In this document: piece by piece, positions 39,601 through 48,366 of the stretch
How the letters are laid out: every line of letters starts with the position of its first letter
Position numbering within the stretch: the first letter of the stretch is position 1
Source of the DNA: Tenuifilaceae bacterium
GTDB taxonomy: Bacteria > Bacteroidota > Bacteroidia > Bacteroidales > Tenuifilaceae
Length of the DNA: 64,000 bases
NCBI GenBank assembly: GCA_034006965.1
Contig: JAVERU010000001.1
Coordinates: forward strand, 5-64,004
Direction: 5' to 3'
Made by a program: the position numbers and the translations under genes
The notes under the pieces: generated by a model
What the model saw: the letters and a program-made list of their open reading frames with translations, nothing else
Told to the model about the DNA's origin: nothing
Database searches by the model: none

Positions 39601-39816
39601 GGCGATATTTCATACTCAATTCACAGGGAAGAGAATAGGTATCACTTTACCATTTTTGGCAATGTTAATCTACCCAAAAATGGTATAAGAATCAAAAACT
39701 TCAATGGTTCAAAACGACCAACGAGGGTAACAATAAATGGGGTTGAAAGCAAGGAGTTTACTGAAAATGAAATTGCTCTGAGAGAGTTTCCAGCAAATGT
39801 GGTGATATACTATTAA
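36628..39816 (+). CDS. Secreted or periplasmic multidomain protein: CBM11-like, F5/8 type C (CBM32-like), six-hairpin glycosidase-like domain
   Basis: Signal peptide, EIKFIDSSGDNVWW, discoidin-like MVDG...W...FDILLSND..TW...ARYLKI, QPGSRSYERSWIRDG, ESISHEGY, GDMPHTW. Confidence 0.7.
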   Translation: MNISQTKILSTISIILFSASSIYSQSLLLDAFESKNGWEFIESDGVDVNLSVEKGLVGNAIRFEYDFTKGTGYGGIQKWFPIDLPENYEFTFWLKAESPSNNFEIKFIDSSGDNVWWVNNRNYDFPTEWTKISIKKRHIDFAWGPTEDRELKRIDRIELTVASFVGGKGTLWIDDLRFEPLAPEPESYPLPQVKASSEKKGKSANFMVDGSDDTPWISKGTKNQNIIFDFTMRREFGGLQISWLKNHRANKFDILLSNDSKTWERVYSVRSNLSEVSFIRLQEADARYLKIVLLEGSNQKAFGINEVKILDITSSLSQNDFLIYTAKNSPIGDYPRYFLEQASYWTVTGVNNDTKEAMINEDGMVEVDKALFSIEPLISKDGKVYNWHNVESSQSMSFPKETKELGFTPSVTWQADDLTFTTGISASGEANVNSQLNIGYYFENNSNQIQAFDFYLLIRPYQVNPYYQFLNLAGGAGKINSVSEIEPKRKIAVDKKVVISLKPYQSFTANTFDTGNPVDLIRKGLLTHTPSANDLNGLANGVIKYSISLNPGETTKFFVVVPFYETYSVADDITNIHIAKEFNNTNEFWTEKVNHIKFNLPQSANRIVNTYKSNLFYILVNRDKAGIQPGSRSYERSWIRDGSLTSSALLKSGIVEEVRDFIDWYTDHQYENGKVPCVVDFRGPDPVPEHDSHGQLIYLIREYFNFTGDTAFLRTKNQNVLMAVDYIESLIAERSTDHFKYGNDSIRAYYGIVPESISHEGYSEKPMHSYWDNFFIMKGLKDAADIQKILGDKKAYERISEVRDTFRVNLYNSLHLAMKTRGIDYIPGCVELGDFDATSTTIALTPCNEYNNLPKPQVYNTFNQYYQFFKDRRDGQREWVNYTPYEVRLIGSFIFLDQPERAHELVEFFLDDRRPQGWNHWAEVVWNDYRIPRFIGDMPHTWVGSDFINAIRSMFVYENEYDETLVLAAALYQDWIDAPEGMSIENLPTYYGDISYSIHREENRYHFTIFGNVNLPKNGIRIKNFNGSKRPTRVTINGVESKEFTENEIALREFPANVVIYY

Positions 39817-39832
39817 CCAATTTTGAATTCCA

Positions 39833-41899
39833 ATGAAAGCACAGGAATTGGACGCGCAACATAAAACAAAGCGTGAGGATAAGATACAAGTAACTCAACT
39901 TATTGCCTATGGTGCAGGAGGGATTATTCCCATTGCACTCTTTAACATTGCAGGAATACTGGTTGGCTTAATGGGCAACATTAGCCTAGGGCTAAATGCT
40001 TTCTGGCTTGGAGTAATCCTTATCATTCCTCGTTTGTGGGATGCAGTTTCCGATCCAATAATAGGCCATCTTTCCGATAATACTCGCACCCGCTGGGGAC
40101 GAAGACGCCCATTCCTGCTGATAGGAGGAATCCTTGTGGCTGTATTCTTTGTTGCCATGTGGTGGATTCCAAAAGGCGATATGGTTCGTTTATGGTTCCC
40201 CTCTGAAGCAGGTTTCCAATGGTTTCAGCTTTCATATATTCTTTTTACTCTCCTTCTGTTTTACACTGCTTGCACCATATTTGAGATACCTCACGGTGCG
40301 CTTGGTATGGAGATGACCACCGATTACCATGAGCGAACGCGCTTATTCAGTGCCAAGAGCTTTGTGGGTAACCTATTTGCCATGAGCACCCCCTGGCTTT
40401 TTGCCCTTGCCAGCATGGAGATTTTTAAAGGCCCTGGGGGTAACGAAGCCGACGGAATGCGTTACGTTTCATTAATGATTGCGGGCATCCTTATTCCACT
40501 ATCCTTTTGGTGGACATACAAGCTCCGCGAGCCAGGATTCGTGAGAGTTGCTAAGCAAAAAAAGACTCCCTTCTGGAGCGATATGAAACACACCTTCAGC
40601 AACAAGAACTTTATCATGCTAACCCTAACCATCTTTACGCTGGCCATGGGTTTCAACTTTGTTAACTTGCTTGGTTCTTACATCCCTATATTTTATGTGT
40701 TTGGTGGCGATAAGGTTGCTGGCGCATACCTGCTTGGCATAAACGGTACTGTTTGGGCTGTAACCGGCCTGCTGGCAGTTTTTCCTCTCAACTGGATCAG
40801 TCCAAAACTAGGAAAACGAAAAACCCTTGTTCTTGCCATCCTTCTCATGGCGCTTGCTCAACTTTCAAAAATTGTTTGCTATAATCCATCGTACCCATAC
40901 CTAATTGTAATACCAACAATACTACTTTCTGCGGGTATGCTATTCTTCTTTACCCTTGGATCGTCAATGGTTGGCGATATTTGCGATGAGGATGATCTGA
41001 ACACTGGAACTCGCACCGAAGGAAGCTTTTACTCCGTATTCTGGTGGTTCATAAAAATGGGAACCGCGCTTGCCAGCTTTGTAGCTGGAGCTCTTATTGT
41101 TTTTACCATGTTTGACCAAACTCAAGTTATGAAAGTTGATGACCTACAGGGAAGCATAAGAGAGATGCGGAGTAAGGTAAAGGCATGGCAAGATGATGGT
41201 TCGTTAACGGCTATCAATAACCAGCTGAACCAACAAGCTAATGCGCAATACTCTGAAGCAATAAAGGAGGCGAAAGACTATTTGATCTACCTTGAAAGAG
41301 AATCCCTTAGATGGGAAAACCTAGCGGTTAAAAATCCCACCGAATTACAAAACCAGAAAAGAGACATTCTCTCAAAGGCGGCTTCTAATATAAATGGTAT
41401 TGTAAATGAACTTGAGCAGGCTCAGAATCAACTAAGAGGCTTAGAATCAGAAACCGATTCGTCAGTAGTTAAATCTTGGGCTAACGATGTAATTTCGTTA
41501 TCCCTTCAAACAAAGCTAGAGAAAGCGAAGGTAAATGCTTTTGAACTCTGGATGCATTTAGAAACAAAGTCAGGCGAAACAAAAAATAGCAGGGAGCACT
41601 ACGATGAGCTTATTGAATACATTACATGGGTAAATAGTAAACTTGCAACAATTAACCCATCTGATTCTTTGGGCATTATCGACACAAGTCTTGTTGAAAT
41701 TGAAAGCAAAATTGTTCCCTTAAAAAAGCAAACACCATACACTCTACTAATGATGAGGATAGTAGAAATTGGGCTACCACTTTTACTAAGCATCCTTTCT
41801 ATTTTCTTTGTTTTAAAGTACTCGCTTACAGAGCAACGGTCGCACGAGATAAAGGAGTTAATAAGGCTAAGGAATGAGGAACGGGATGGTAACCATTAA
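39833..41899 (+). CDS. MFS_2 (GPH/MelB-like) sugar transporter with ~200-aa soluble insertion
   Basis: RLWDAVSDPIIGHLSDNTRTRWGRRRPF, DYHERTRL, DICDEDDLNTGTRTEGSF. Long hydrophilic segment before the last TM. Confidence 0.88.
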   Translation: MKAQELDAQHKTKREDKIQVTQLIAYGAGGIIPIALFNIAGILVGLMGNISLGLNAFWLGVILIIPRLWDAVSDPIIGHLSDNTRTRWGRRRPFLLIGGILVAVFFVAMWWIPKGDMVRLWFPSEAGFQWFQLSYILFTLLLFYTACTIFEIPHGALGMEMTTDYHERTRLFSAKSFVGNLFAMSTPWLFALASMEIFKGPGGNEADGMRYVSLMIAGILIPLSFWWTYKLREPGFVRVAKQKKTPFWSDMKHTFSNKNFIMLTLTIFTLAMGFNFVNLLGSYIPIFYVFGGDKVAGAYLLGINGTVWAVTGLLAVFPLNWISPKLGKRKTLVLAILLMALAQLSKIVCYNPSYPYLIVIPTILLSAGMLFFFTLGSSMVGDICDEDDLNTGTRTEGSFYSVFWWFIKMGTALASFVAGALIVFTMFDQTQVMKVDDLQGSIREMRSKVKAWQDDGSLTAINNQLNQQANAQYSEAIKEAKDYLIYLERESLRWENLAVKNPTELQNQKRDILSKAASNINGIVNELEQAQNQLRGLESETDSSVVKSWANDVISLSLQTKLEKAKVNAFELWMHLETKSGETKNSREHYDELIEYITWVNSKLATINPSDSLGIIDTSLVEIESKIVPLKKQTPYTLLMMRIVEIGLPLLLSILSIFFVLKYSLTEQRSHEIKELIRLRNEERDGNH

Positions 41900-41910
41900 A
41901 AAATATCAAT

Positions 41911-44343
41911 ATGTCATTTACCATAAAAGAGGAATATTTCTATCACAACAACCAAAAGGTGTTTCTCAACTCAGGGGAGATTCACTACTTCAGAATTAAG
42001 CGCGAGCTTTGGGAAACGCATCTTCAGGCAGCCAAAGAGGCAGGATTAAAAACCATTAGCACCTACGTGCCCTGGGCTTGGCACGAGTCAGTAGAGGGAA
42101 CTTTCGATTTTGATGGAAAATCTTGTCCTGAGCGTGACCTAAACGGCTGGATAGAAAAATGTAAATCGTTTGGTCTTACCTGCATACTGAAGCCTGGCCC
42201 GTTTATTCTGGCCGAGTTCCGTGGAGCTGGTCTACCCGATTGGTTCATTGAAAAGCATGGCGATGAGGTTAGGATGCGGAATAGCAAAGGCCAAGTGGTT
42301 ATGAGCGATGGCGTAAATCTCTTTCACACGATCTATATTGAGAAGGTTGCCCTTTGGTACGATCAAATAATGCCTCTCATTGCTAAAAATCAAATTTCTG
42401 AGGGTGGCCCAGTTATTCTGATACAAATTTGCAACGAGATTGGTGTTTTCTCCTGGCTTGCTCATCAGGCCGATTATAGTCAGGAGGTTAAGGCAAGGTT
42501 TGTGTCATATCTTAGGAATAGGTTTTCCTCTATTGATGAGTTAAACCAGCAATGGGGCACAAGCTACGCTCATTTTGATCATGTGGAGCTACCCCCTGAT
42601 GGCAGCATGCCATTCGATTCAAAGGGCGATAGAAGTCGCGATTACGAGTGGCACTGCTTCTGGAGAACCTACTACGGCGAATACCTGAGGATGCTCACCA
42701 AAATGGCCAGGGACAGGGGTGTAACTGTTCCATTGTATCACAATCTTCCGGGCTGGATTTATGGGCACGGCTACGACTTCCCCCTCAACATCACCATGTA
42801 CGAGGATTTATACCAAGATAAAAGCGAAATAATATTTGGTATCGATCATATACCAGAGTTTCTGTCGCACCGTAACCTACATGACGACCGGATAATAAAC
42901 GACATTACCTATGCAATGCAGGGCAAGAAGCCCATCTTTGCCGCCGAATTTCAATGTGGATCTAGGGAATATCACGTAGTACCAAATCCCCGAGAGATGG
43001 AGCTATTCTACAAGGCCAGCATTGCCAACGGGCTTACAGGGTGGAACTACTACATGTTCTCGCAGGGGAAAAATCCAAGTCGCAAAGGCTACTCAGGCGA
43101 TACATTTTACTGGTTTACACCCCTAACGGCAGAGGGAGAAAAGGGTAGTGCGTACCCTTTGGTAAAGAAAATGAGCAAAATTATTGGCAATGCGGAAGAT
43201 ATAATCCTCAACGCCAAGAGAAGGGCCGAAATCTGTGTGCTTTTCTATCCCCCTTACTATGCCACAGAATTGGAAAGGCCAGAGGTGGGCGCAAGTGGAT
43301 TGCAATTTGTTCCTGCTGCCATTCGTCGGCCTGCATATTTCGATGGGCTTTTAAAGGTGCTACAAGTATTGAACATCGATTACGATATGGCCGACTTAAG
43401 TAAATCATCGGCAAAAGACCTTGCCAAATACAAGCAGGTATGGGCTTTCTGCACCGATGAGATGAATGCTCGGGATCAACAAGTTATTGTTGAGGTGGCT
43501 GAGTTAGGGGGGGATGTTGTTATCTTCCCTAACCTACCCGACCGCGAAATGTCGCAAAGGCCCTGCGCAATTATCCGCGATGCCCTTTCGGTGCACCCTG
43601 TCGGCAGTGAAATAATCGATTCGCCTTTGGTAGATATTTACCATTTGAAGGATATCAAGTGCGCAAATCCGCAAATTACTTACTCTGAAAAATCGCTTGC
43701 AGGCGCCGAGATAATTGCCCGAACCATAAAGGGTACGCCTTGTGGATTTAGCAAATCGCTGGGAAAGGGCACTATAACTCATCTTGGCACCTGGATTGGC
43801 TTCGATACCGAAGGACATAAACCTGTGTACGAAACCTTTCTTCAAAAATCAGGAGCTAAATTAAGGCAAGCATCATCCAATAATGATAATATATCGGTAA
43901 AGCAACGGTTTACCGACAACGCTTCTGCGTTACTTTTTGTTGCGAACTACTACAACGAGGAGCAGCTTGGCAAAATCAGCTATACACACCCAGCCAATGG
44001 CGAAGCCATTTCAATTCCCTTTGTTGAGGATGAAATGCTGTGGCCACCTCTTTACGCTGTGCTATCTCCAATTTGTTTTGAATTAACCAAGGGGCTTAAT
44101 ATTTTGCACTGCACATCCGATATCCTTGAGGTCGAAAAGTTGGATGATCAAATAAAAATCACCCTTCAAGGTGATCGCGATTTAGCTGGAGAAATAGTGC
44201 TTGAAGGGAGCAACGTTGGCAAAGTTAAGGGCGCAACAATTGATGGAGAAAGCATTAAGTTAATGGCTATAAAAGATCGTATTGCCCTTGGCTACAGCCA
44301 CAAACACAACAAAGAGATTCTTCTAACTATAAAATTTAGCTAG
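41911..44343 (+). CDS. GH35-family enzyme (GlmA/beta-1,2-glucosyltransferase-like), cytoplasmic
   Basis: SGEIHYFRI, TYVPWAWHE, KPGPFILAE, IQICNE (acid/base E176), FAAEFQ (nucleophile). No signal peptide. Confidence 0.8.
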   Translation: MSFTIKEEYFYHNNQKVFLNSGEIHYFRIKRELWETHLQAAKEAGLKTISTYVPWAWHESVEGTFDFDGKSCPERDLNGWIEKCKSFGLTCILKPGPFILAEFRGAGLPDWFIEKHGDEVRMRNSKGQVVMSDGVNLFHTIYIEKVALWYDQIMPLIAKNQISEGGPVILIQICNEIGVFSWLAHQADYSQEVKARFVSYLRNRFSSIDELNQQWGTSYAHFDHVELPPDGSMPFDSKGDRSRDYEWHCFWRTYYGEYLRMLTKMARDRGVTVPLYHNLPGWIYGHGYDFPLNITMYEDLYQDKSEIIFGIDHIPEFLSHRNLHDDRIINDITYAMQGKKPIFAAEFQCGSREYHVVPNPREMELFYKASIANGLTGWNYYMFSQGKNPSRKGYSGDTFYWFTPLTAEGEKGSAYPLVKKMSKIIGNAEDIILNAKRRAEICVLFYPPYYATELERPEVGASGLQFVPAAIRRPAYFDGLLKVLQVLNIDYDMADLSKSSAKDLAKYKQVWAFCTDEMNARDQQVIVEVAELGGDVVIFPNLPDREMSQRPCAIIRDALSVHPVGSEIIDSPLVDIYHLKDIKCANPQITYSEKSLAGAEIIARTIKGTPCGFSKSLGKGTITHLGTWIGFDTEGHKPVYETFLQKSGAKLRQASSNNDNISVKQRFTDNASALLFVANYYNEEQLGKISYTHPANGEAISIPFVEDEMLWPPLYAVLSPICFELTKGLNILHCTSDILEVEKLDDQIKITLQGDRDLAGEIVLEGSNVGKVKGATIDGESIKLMAIKDRIALGYSHKHNKEILLTIKFS

Positions 44344-44347
44344 CTAG

Positions 44348-47300
44348 ATGGAAATAAAAAATTCACTCGGGCTCAACTTTCACTTTCTCAATAATGGTGC
44401 GGTTAGATCCATAGAGGTTGACCCAATAAGAATTAGCCTAAAAAAAAACACCCCTTTTTCCAAATCGGGTGCAAACATTTACTTACGAAAAAAGCGGAAA
44501 CCATTTGAATATACTGCCCTAACGGGACCAGAAAGCAACAGTGTTTTTGGCTTTGTGAAGAATAAATTCATAGCAAAGGGTAGCTGGAATGGCATTGAAT
44601 ACCTCTGTATTTTGCATCTATCAACAAAAAGTTTGAGCTGGCAGTGGAGCGTTGAAATTACCAATACATCAAGCAATAATGCGGAACTTGATATTTTCTA
44701 TGTCCAAGATGTTGGCCTCAAAACCCAAAGTGATGGGTTGGTTAACGAGTACTATGTTAGTCAGTACATTGAAAGGTTAATCCTTGAAGACCATAAATAC
44801 GGAAAGGTTGTATGTTGTCGTCAGAATATGAATGAGTCGAATGGGCACCCCTGGCTTATGGTGGCTTGTAAAGATGGGGCGGTATCGGCTTGTACAGATG
44901 GAATGCAGTTTTGTGGCAAAACATATCGCGCAACGAGAATTCCTGAGGGATTAGCAAACCAAATACTTGGGGGTGAGTATGCTGGGGAATCTTCAATAAT
45001 TGCACTTCAAACACAACCAATAAATCTCAAGCCCGGTAAAACAAATCGCACAGTGTTTTTTGCCAAATATTTGGCCAATCATCCCAAAGCCACCTCTTCG
45101 GAAGACTTGAAGTTACTACCAAGCTTAATGATGGAGTTTGATGATGATAATACAACTTCTATTAATCCTGACGGTAAATTTCAACCCAAAAACATATTTA
45201 ACACCTCCCCCATTCTTTTAGCCGATGATCTTACCGATGAGGAGTTAACCCATTTTTTTGGCAAGGGAAGGGCCCACCTCGAAGTAATTAAAGACCAAAC
45301 ATTATCGTTTTTTAGCGATGATAAAAACCATATTGTCCTAAAGGCAAAGGAGTTGATGGTTGACAGGCCACACGGTCATATTATGCAGGCAAAGACCGGT
45401 TTAGTCCCCGATGAGAATATAATGTCAACCAATACATTTGCCTACGGAGTTTTTAACTCCCATTTAACCCAAGGGAACACAAACTTCAATATCCTTCTCT
45501 CTGTTTGTTCAAGTCAGTTCAATACCGCAATCGAAACGGGTCAACGGATTTTTGTAAGGATTGATGGTAAATCGTATCTGCTTGGAGTTCCCTCTGCCTA
45601 TGAGATTGGGCTGAACCATAGTCGATGGATTTACAAATTTGGAAGTCAAACATTTCAGGTTCGTTCATGGACATCAAAAACAGCACCCCAAGTTAACCTC
45701 GATTTTAAGGTTATTCAGGGTGATAAAGTTGACTTACTAATTACTCATCACTTCGATGAGGCCAATGGTTGGCAAGTTTCAACTGGATTGTCGGGTAGGG
45801 AATTCATTGTGAAACCCAAGACCGAAAGTTTGATTGCGAGTAAATTTCCCAATGCCCAATTCAGAATTATTGTTCAAGATCCAACCGCAGAATTTAAAAT
45901 TTATGAGGATGATCAAATATCCAACTCTTTCTTTGCTCTTGATGTTAAAAAAACTTCGACTTTTTGTATGAGTTTTCTTGGTGAGGTGCGTACCGCATCA
46001 AAACCCATTGAAATTAGAGACACAGATGATCAGTGGCTTAAGGATTGCAATGATGCCAGATTAGAATGGCAAAAATTAAGTTTGAATTTATCATTGCTTG
46101 GAAAGCAAAAAGATATTGCCGCCATTAACGAGATAATTCCCTGGTACGGGATGAACGCCCTAACTCACTACCTTACTCCCTACGGGCTTGAGCAGTTTGG
46201 GGGAGCTGCTTGGGGCACGCGCGATGTGTCGCAGGGTCCAATAGACCTGCTTTTAAATTTGGAAAAGTACGAAGAGGTCAAGCAGGTTCTTCGTGTCATC
46301 TTCTCAAACCAGAACCCTGATGGTGGTTGGCCACAGTGGTGGATGTTCGATAGCTACAAAAGCATACGAGCCCATGAAGCCCACGGCGACATTATTTACT
46401 GGTGTATCATCGCGCTAAGCAATTATATCAAGATAACTGGCGACATAAAAATCCTCGATGAGGTAATACCCTACTACTCAGAGAAACCATCGTTGGAAGT
46501 TGAAAAAACGCCGTTAAGTGAGCACGTCGACAGGCTTATTAAAATGATTGTGGGCTCCTTTATCCCCGGAACGTCTCTGGTGCCATTTGGTGGTGGCGAT
46601 TGGAACGATTCCCTCCAACCAGTTAACGAAGAGCTTGCCCAAAGAATGATTTCAAGCTGGACAGTTGAAATGAGCTATCAAGCTTTTAGCCAGTATCAAA
46701 AGGTTTATGAGCTGGTTGGTGATCAGACAAAGGCAACCGAGCTTAAAGAAATCTGCGGTAGGATAAAAACCGACTTTAACAACCATCTAATAAAAGATGG
46801 AATTGTTGCGGGCTACGGTCTGGTTGAAAAGGATAATACAATTTCTGTTCTTCTACATCCAAGCGATAAAACAACCCGAATACAATACAGCGTTCTACCT
46901 ATGAATAGGGGAATCATTAGCGGAATTTTTACTAAAGATCAGGCTCAGCATCATCAAGTATTAGTTGAGCAGCACCTCAAGGGCCCCGATGGTGCAAGGT
47001 TAATGAATCGTCCTTTAAAGTATCAGGGTGGTATCCAAAAAATCTTCCAAAGGGCAGAGAGCAGCACGTTTTTTGGCCGTGAGGTTGGACTAATGTACGT
47101 GCATGAGCACATTCGCTATGCCGAATCGCTGGCCATTATGGGTAAGGCTGAAGCGTTCATTAAAGCTCTACGACAAGCAATTCCAGTAGACTACAGGGAA
47201 ATTGTTCCCTGCGGCGATATTCGCCAATCAAACTGTTACTACAGCAGCTCCGATGTGGTATTCAAAAGTCGCTACGATGCCGATGAGCGCTATGAACAAG

Positions 47301-47671
47301 TGAAAGAGGGTAAGCTAACCCTTAGAGGAGGCTGGAGGGTTTACTCTAGTGGACCCGGTATCTATATCGGCTTGGTAATATCGCGATTGTTAGGCTTAAG
47401 GGCTGAGTACGGTAACATAATCATTGACCCAGTGCTGCCTAAATCATTCAACGGCTTTTCAGCAGGAATGAACTTTATGGGCAAATCTGTTGAAATTGTT
47501 TACCATGTTAAGAGCAGGGAGTACGGTCCAAATTCAATTCTTATAAATGGACGTCCAGTTTCATTCTCAATAGAGGAGAACCCATACAGGGAAGGTGGTG
47601 CTCTAATTCCAAAAGCAAACTTTTTGGAACAACTAAATGAGGGAAAAAACGAAATTGCTATCTACCTATAA
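44348..47671 (+). CDS. GH94 1,2-beta-oligoglucan phosphorylase-like protein
   Basis: NEYYVSQYI, GLEQFGGAAWGTRDVSQGP, WPQWWMFD, GGDWNDSLQP, FGREVGLMYVHEHIRY, GGWRVYSSGPG. Confidence 0.88.
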   Translation: MEIKNSLGLNFHFLNNGAVRSIEVDPIRISLKKNTPFSKSGANIYLRKKRKPFEYTALTGPESNSVFGFVKNKFIAKGSWNGIEYLCILHLSTKSLSWQWSVEITNTSSNNAELDIFYVQDVGLKTQSDGLVNEYYVSQYIERLILEDHKYGKVVCCRQNMNESNGHPWLMVACKDGAVSACTDGMQFCGKTYRATRIPEGLANQILGGEYAGESSIIALQTQPINLKPGKTNRTVFFAKYLANHPKATSSEDLKLLPSLMMEFDDDNTTSINPDGKFQPKNIFNTSPILLADDLTDEELTHFFGKGRAHLEVIKDQTLSFFSDDKNHIVLKAKELMVDRPHGHIMQAKTGLVPDENIMSTNTFAYGVFNSHLTQGNTNFNILLSVCSSQFNTAIETGQRIFVRIDGKSYLLGVPSAYEIGLNHSRWIYKFGSQTFQVRSWTSKTAPQVNLDFKVIQGDKVDLLITHHFDEANGWQVSTGLSGREFIVKPKTESLIASKFPNAQFRIIVQDPTAEFKIYEDDQISNSFFALDVKKTSTFCMSFLGEVRTASKPIEIRDTDDQWLKDCNDARLEWQKLSLNLSLLGKQKDIAAINEIIPWYGMNALTHYLTPYGLEQFGGAAWGTRDVSQGPIDLLLNLEKYEEVKQVLRVIFSNQNPDGGWPQWWMFDSYKSIRAHEAHGDIIYWCIIALSNYIKITGDIKILDEVIPYYSEKPSLEVEKTPLSEHVDRLIKMIVGSFIPGTSLVPFGGGDWNDSLQPVNEELAQRMISSWTVEMSYQAFSQYQKVYELVGDQTKATELKEICGRIKTDFNNHLIKDGIVAGYGLVEKDNTISVLLHPSDKTTRIQYSVLPMNRGIISGIFTKDQAQHHQVLVEQHLKGPDGARLMNRPLKYQGGIQKIFQRAESSTFFGREVGLMYVHEHIRYAESLAIMGKAEAFIKALRQAIPVDYREIVPCGDIRQSNCYYSSSDVVFKSRYDADERYEQVKEGKLTLRGGWRVYSSGPGIYIGLVISRLLGLRAEYGNIIIDPVLPKSFNGFSAGMNFMGKSVEIVYHVKSREYGPNSILINGRPVSFSIEENPYREGGALIPKANFLEQLNEGKNEIAIYL

Positions 47672-47701
47672 TCAAGCAAATTTAATTAAACCAAGCGGTA
47701 C

Positions 47702-48355
47702 ATGAAAAGAAATATTGCCTTATTAGTAATCCTGTTCAATACAATCCTCAGCGGATTAGGCCAACCATTTATAAATGATATCAATAGGTTTAAAGAACAG
47801 GACAGGCTAAACCCACCCCCAGCTAATGCTATCCTTTTTATTGGCAGCTCATCGTTCACCATGTGGTACGATGTTCATGAGCAATTTCCTGAGCACATCA
47901 TTATCAATAGGGGCTTTGGGGGCTCAACCCTCGAGGATCTAATCCGGTATGTTGAACACGTTGTATACCCATACAACCCTAGGCAAATAGTAATTTACTG
48001 CGGAGAAAATGACTTTGCCTCAAGCGATACTATTACAGTACAAATAGTAGAACAACGTTTTGCTCAACTATACGGACTTATTGTTGAGAAGTATCCCGAG
48101 GTGTATATTTCGTTCGTCTCCATGAAACCAAGTCCTTCAAGATGGCACCTTTCAAATAAGTTTATTGCAGCGAATAAAGGTATTAAGCAATTTTTAGAAT
48201 CTAAACCCAATACAAGTTTTATTAATGTATGGGGCAAAATGCTCAACGATAATGGTGTGGCCGATTCCACCATTTTTTTGGATGATATGCTTCATATGAA
48301 TTCCGCGGGGTATGAAATCTGGCAAAATGCAATTAAGCCTCATCTTATTAACTAG
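47702..48355 (+). CDS. SGNH/GDSL-like esterase
   Basis: Signal peptide, FIGSSS, NRGFGGS, YCGEND, DMLHMNSAGY. Confidence 0.88.
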   Translation: MKRNIALLVILFNTILSGLGQPFINDINRFKEQDRLNPPPANAILFIGSSSFTMWYDVHEQFPEHIIINRGFGGSTLEDLIRYVEHVVYPYNPRQIVIYCGENDFASSDTITVQIVEQRFAQLYGLIVEKYPEVYISFVSMKPSPSRWHLSNKFIAANKGIKQFLESKPNTSFINVWGKMLNDNGVADSTIFLDDMLHMNSAGYEIWQNAIKPHLIN

Positions 48356-48366
48356 AATTGGAGCTT

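Noticed and set aside
44348-47671. Cellobiose phosphorylase or cyclic beta-1,2-glucan synthase
   Set aside because: Length (~1100 aa), motifs, lack of TM/GT84 regions and GH144 context fit a 1,2-beta-oligoglucan phosphorylase better.
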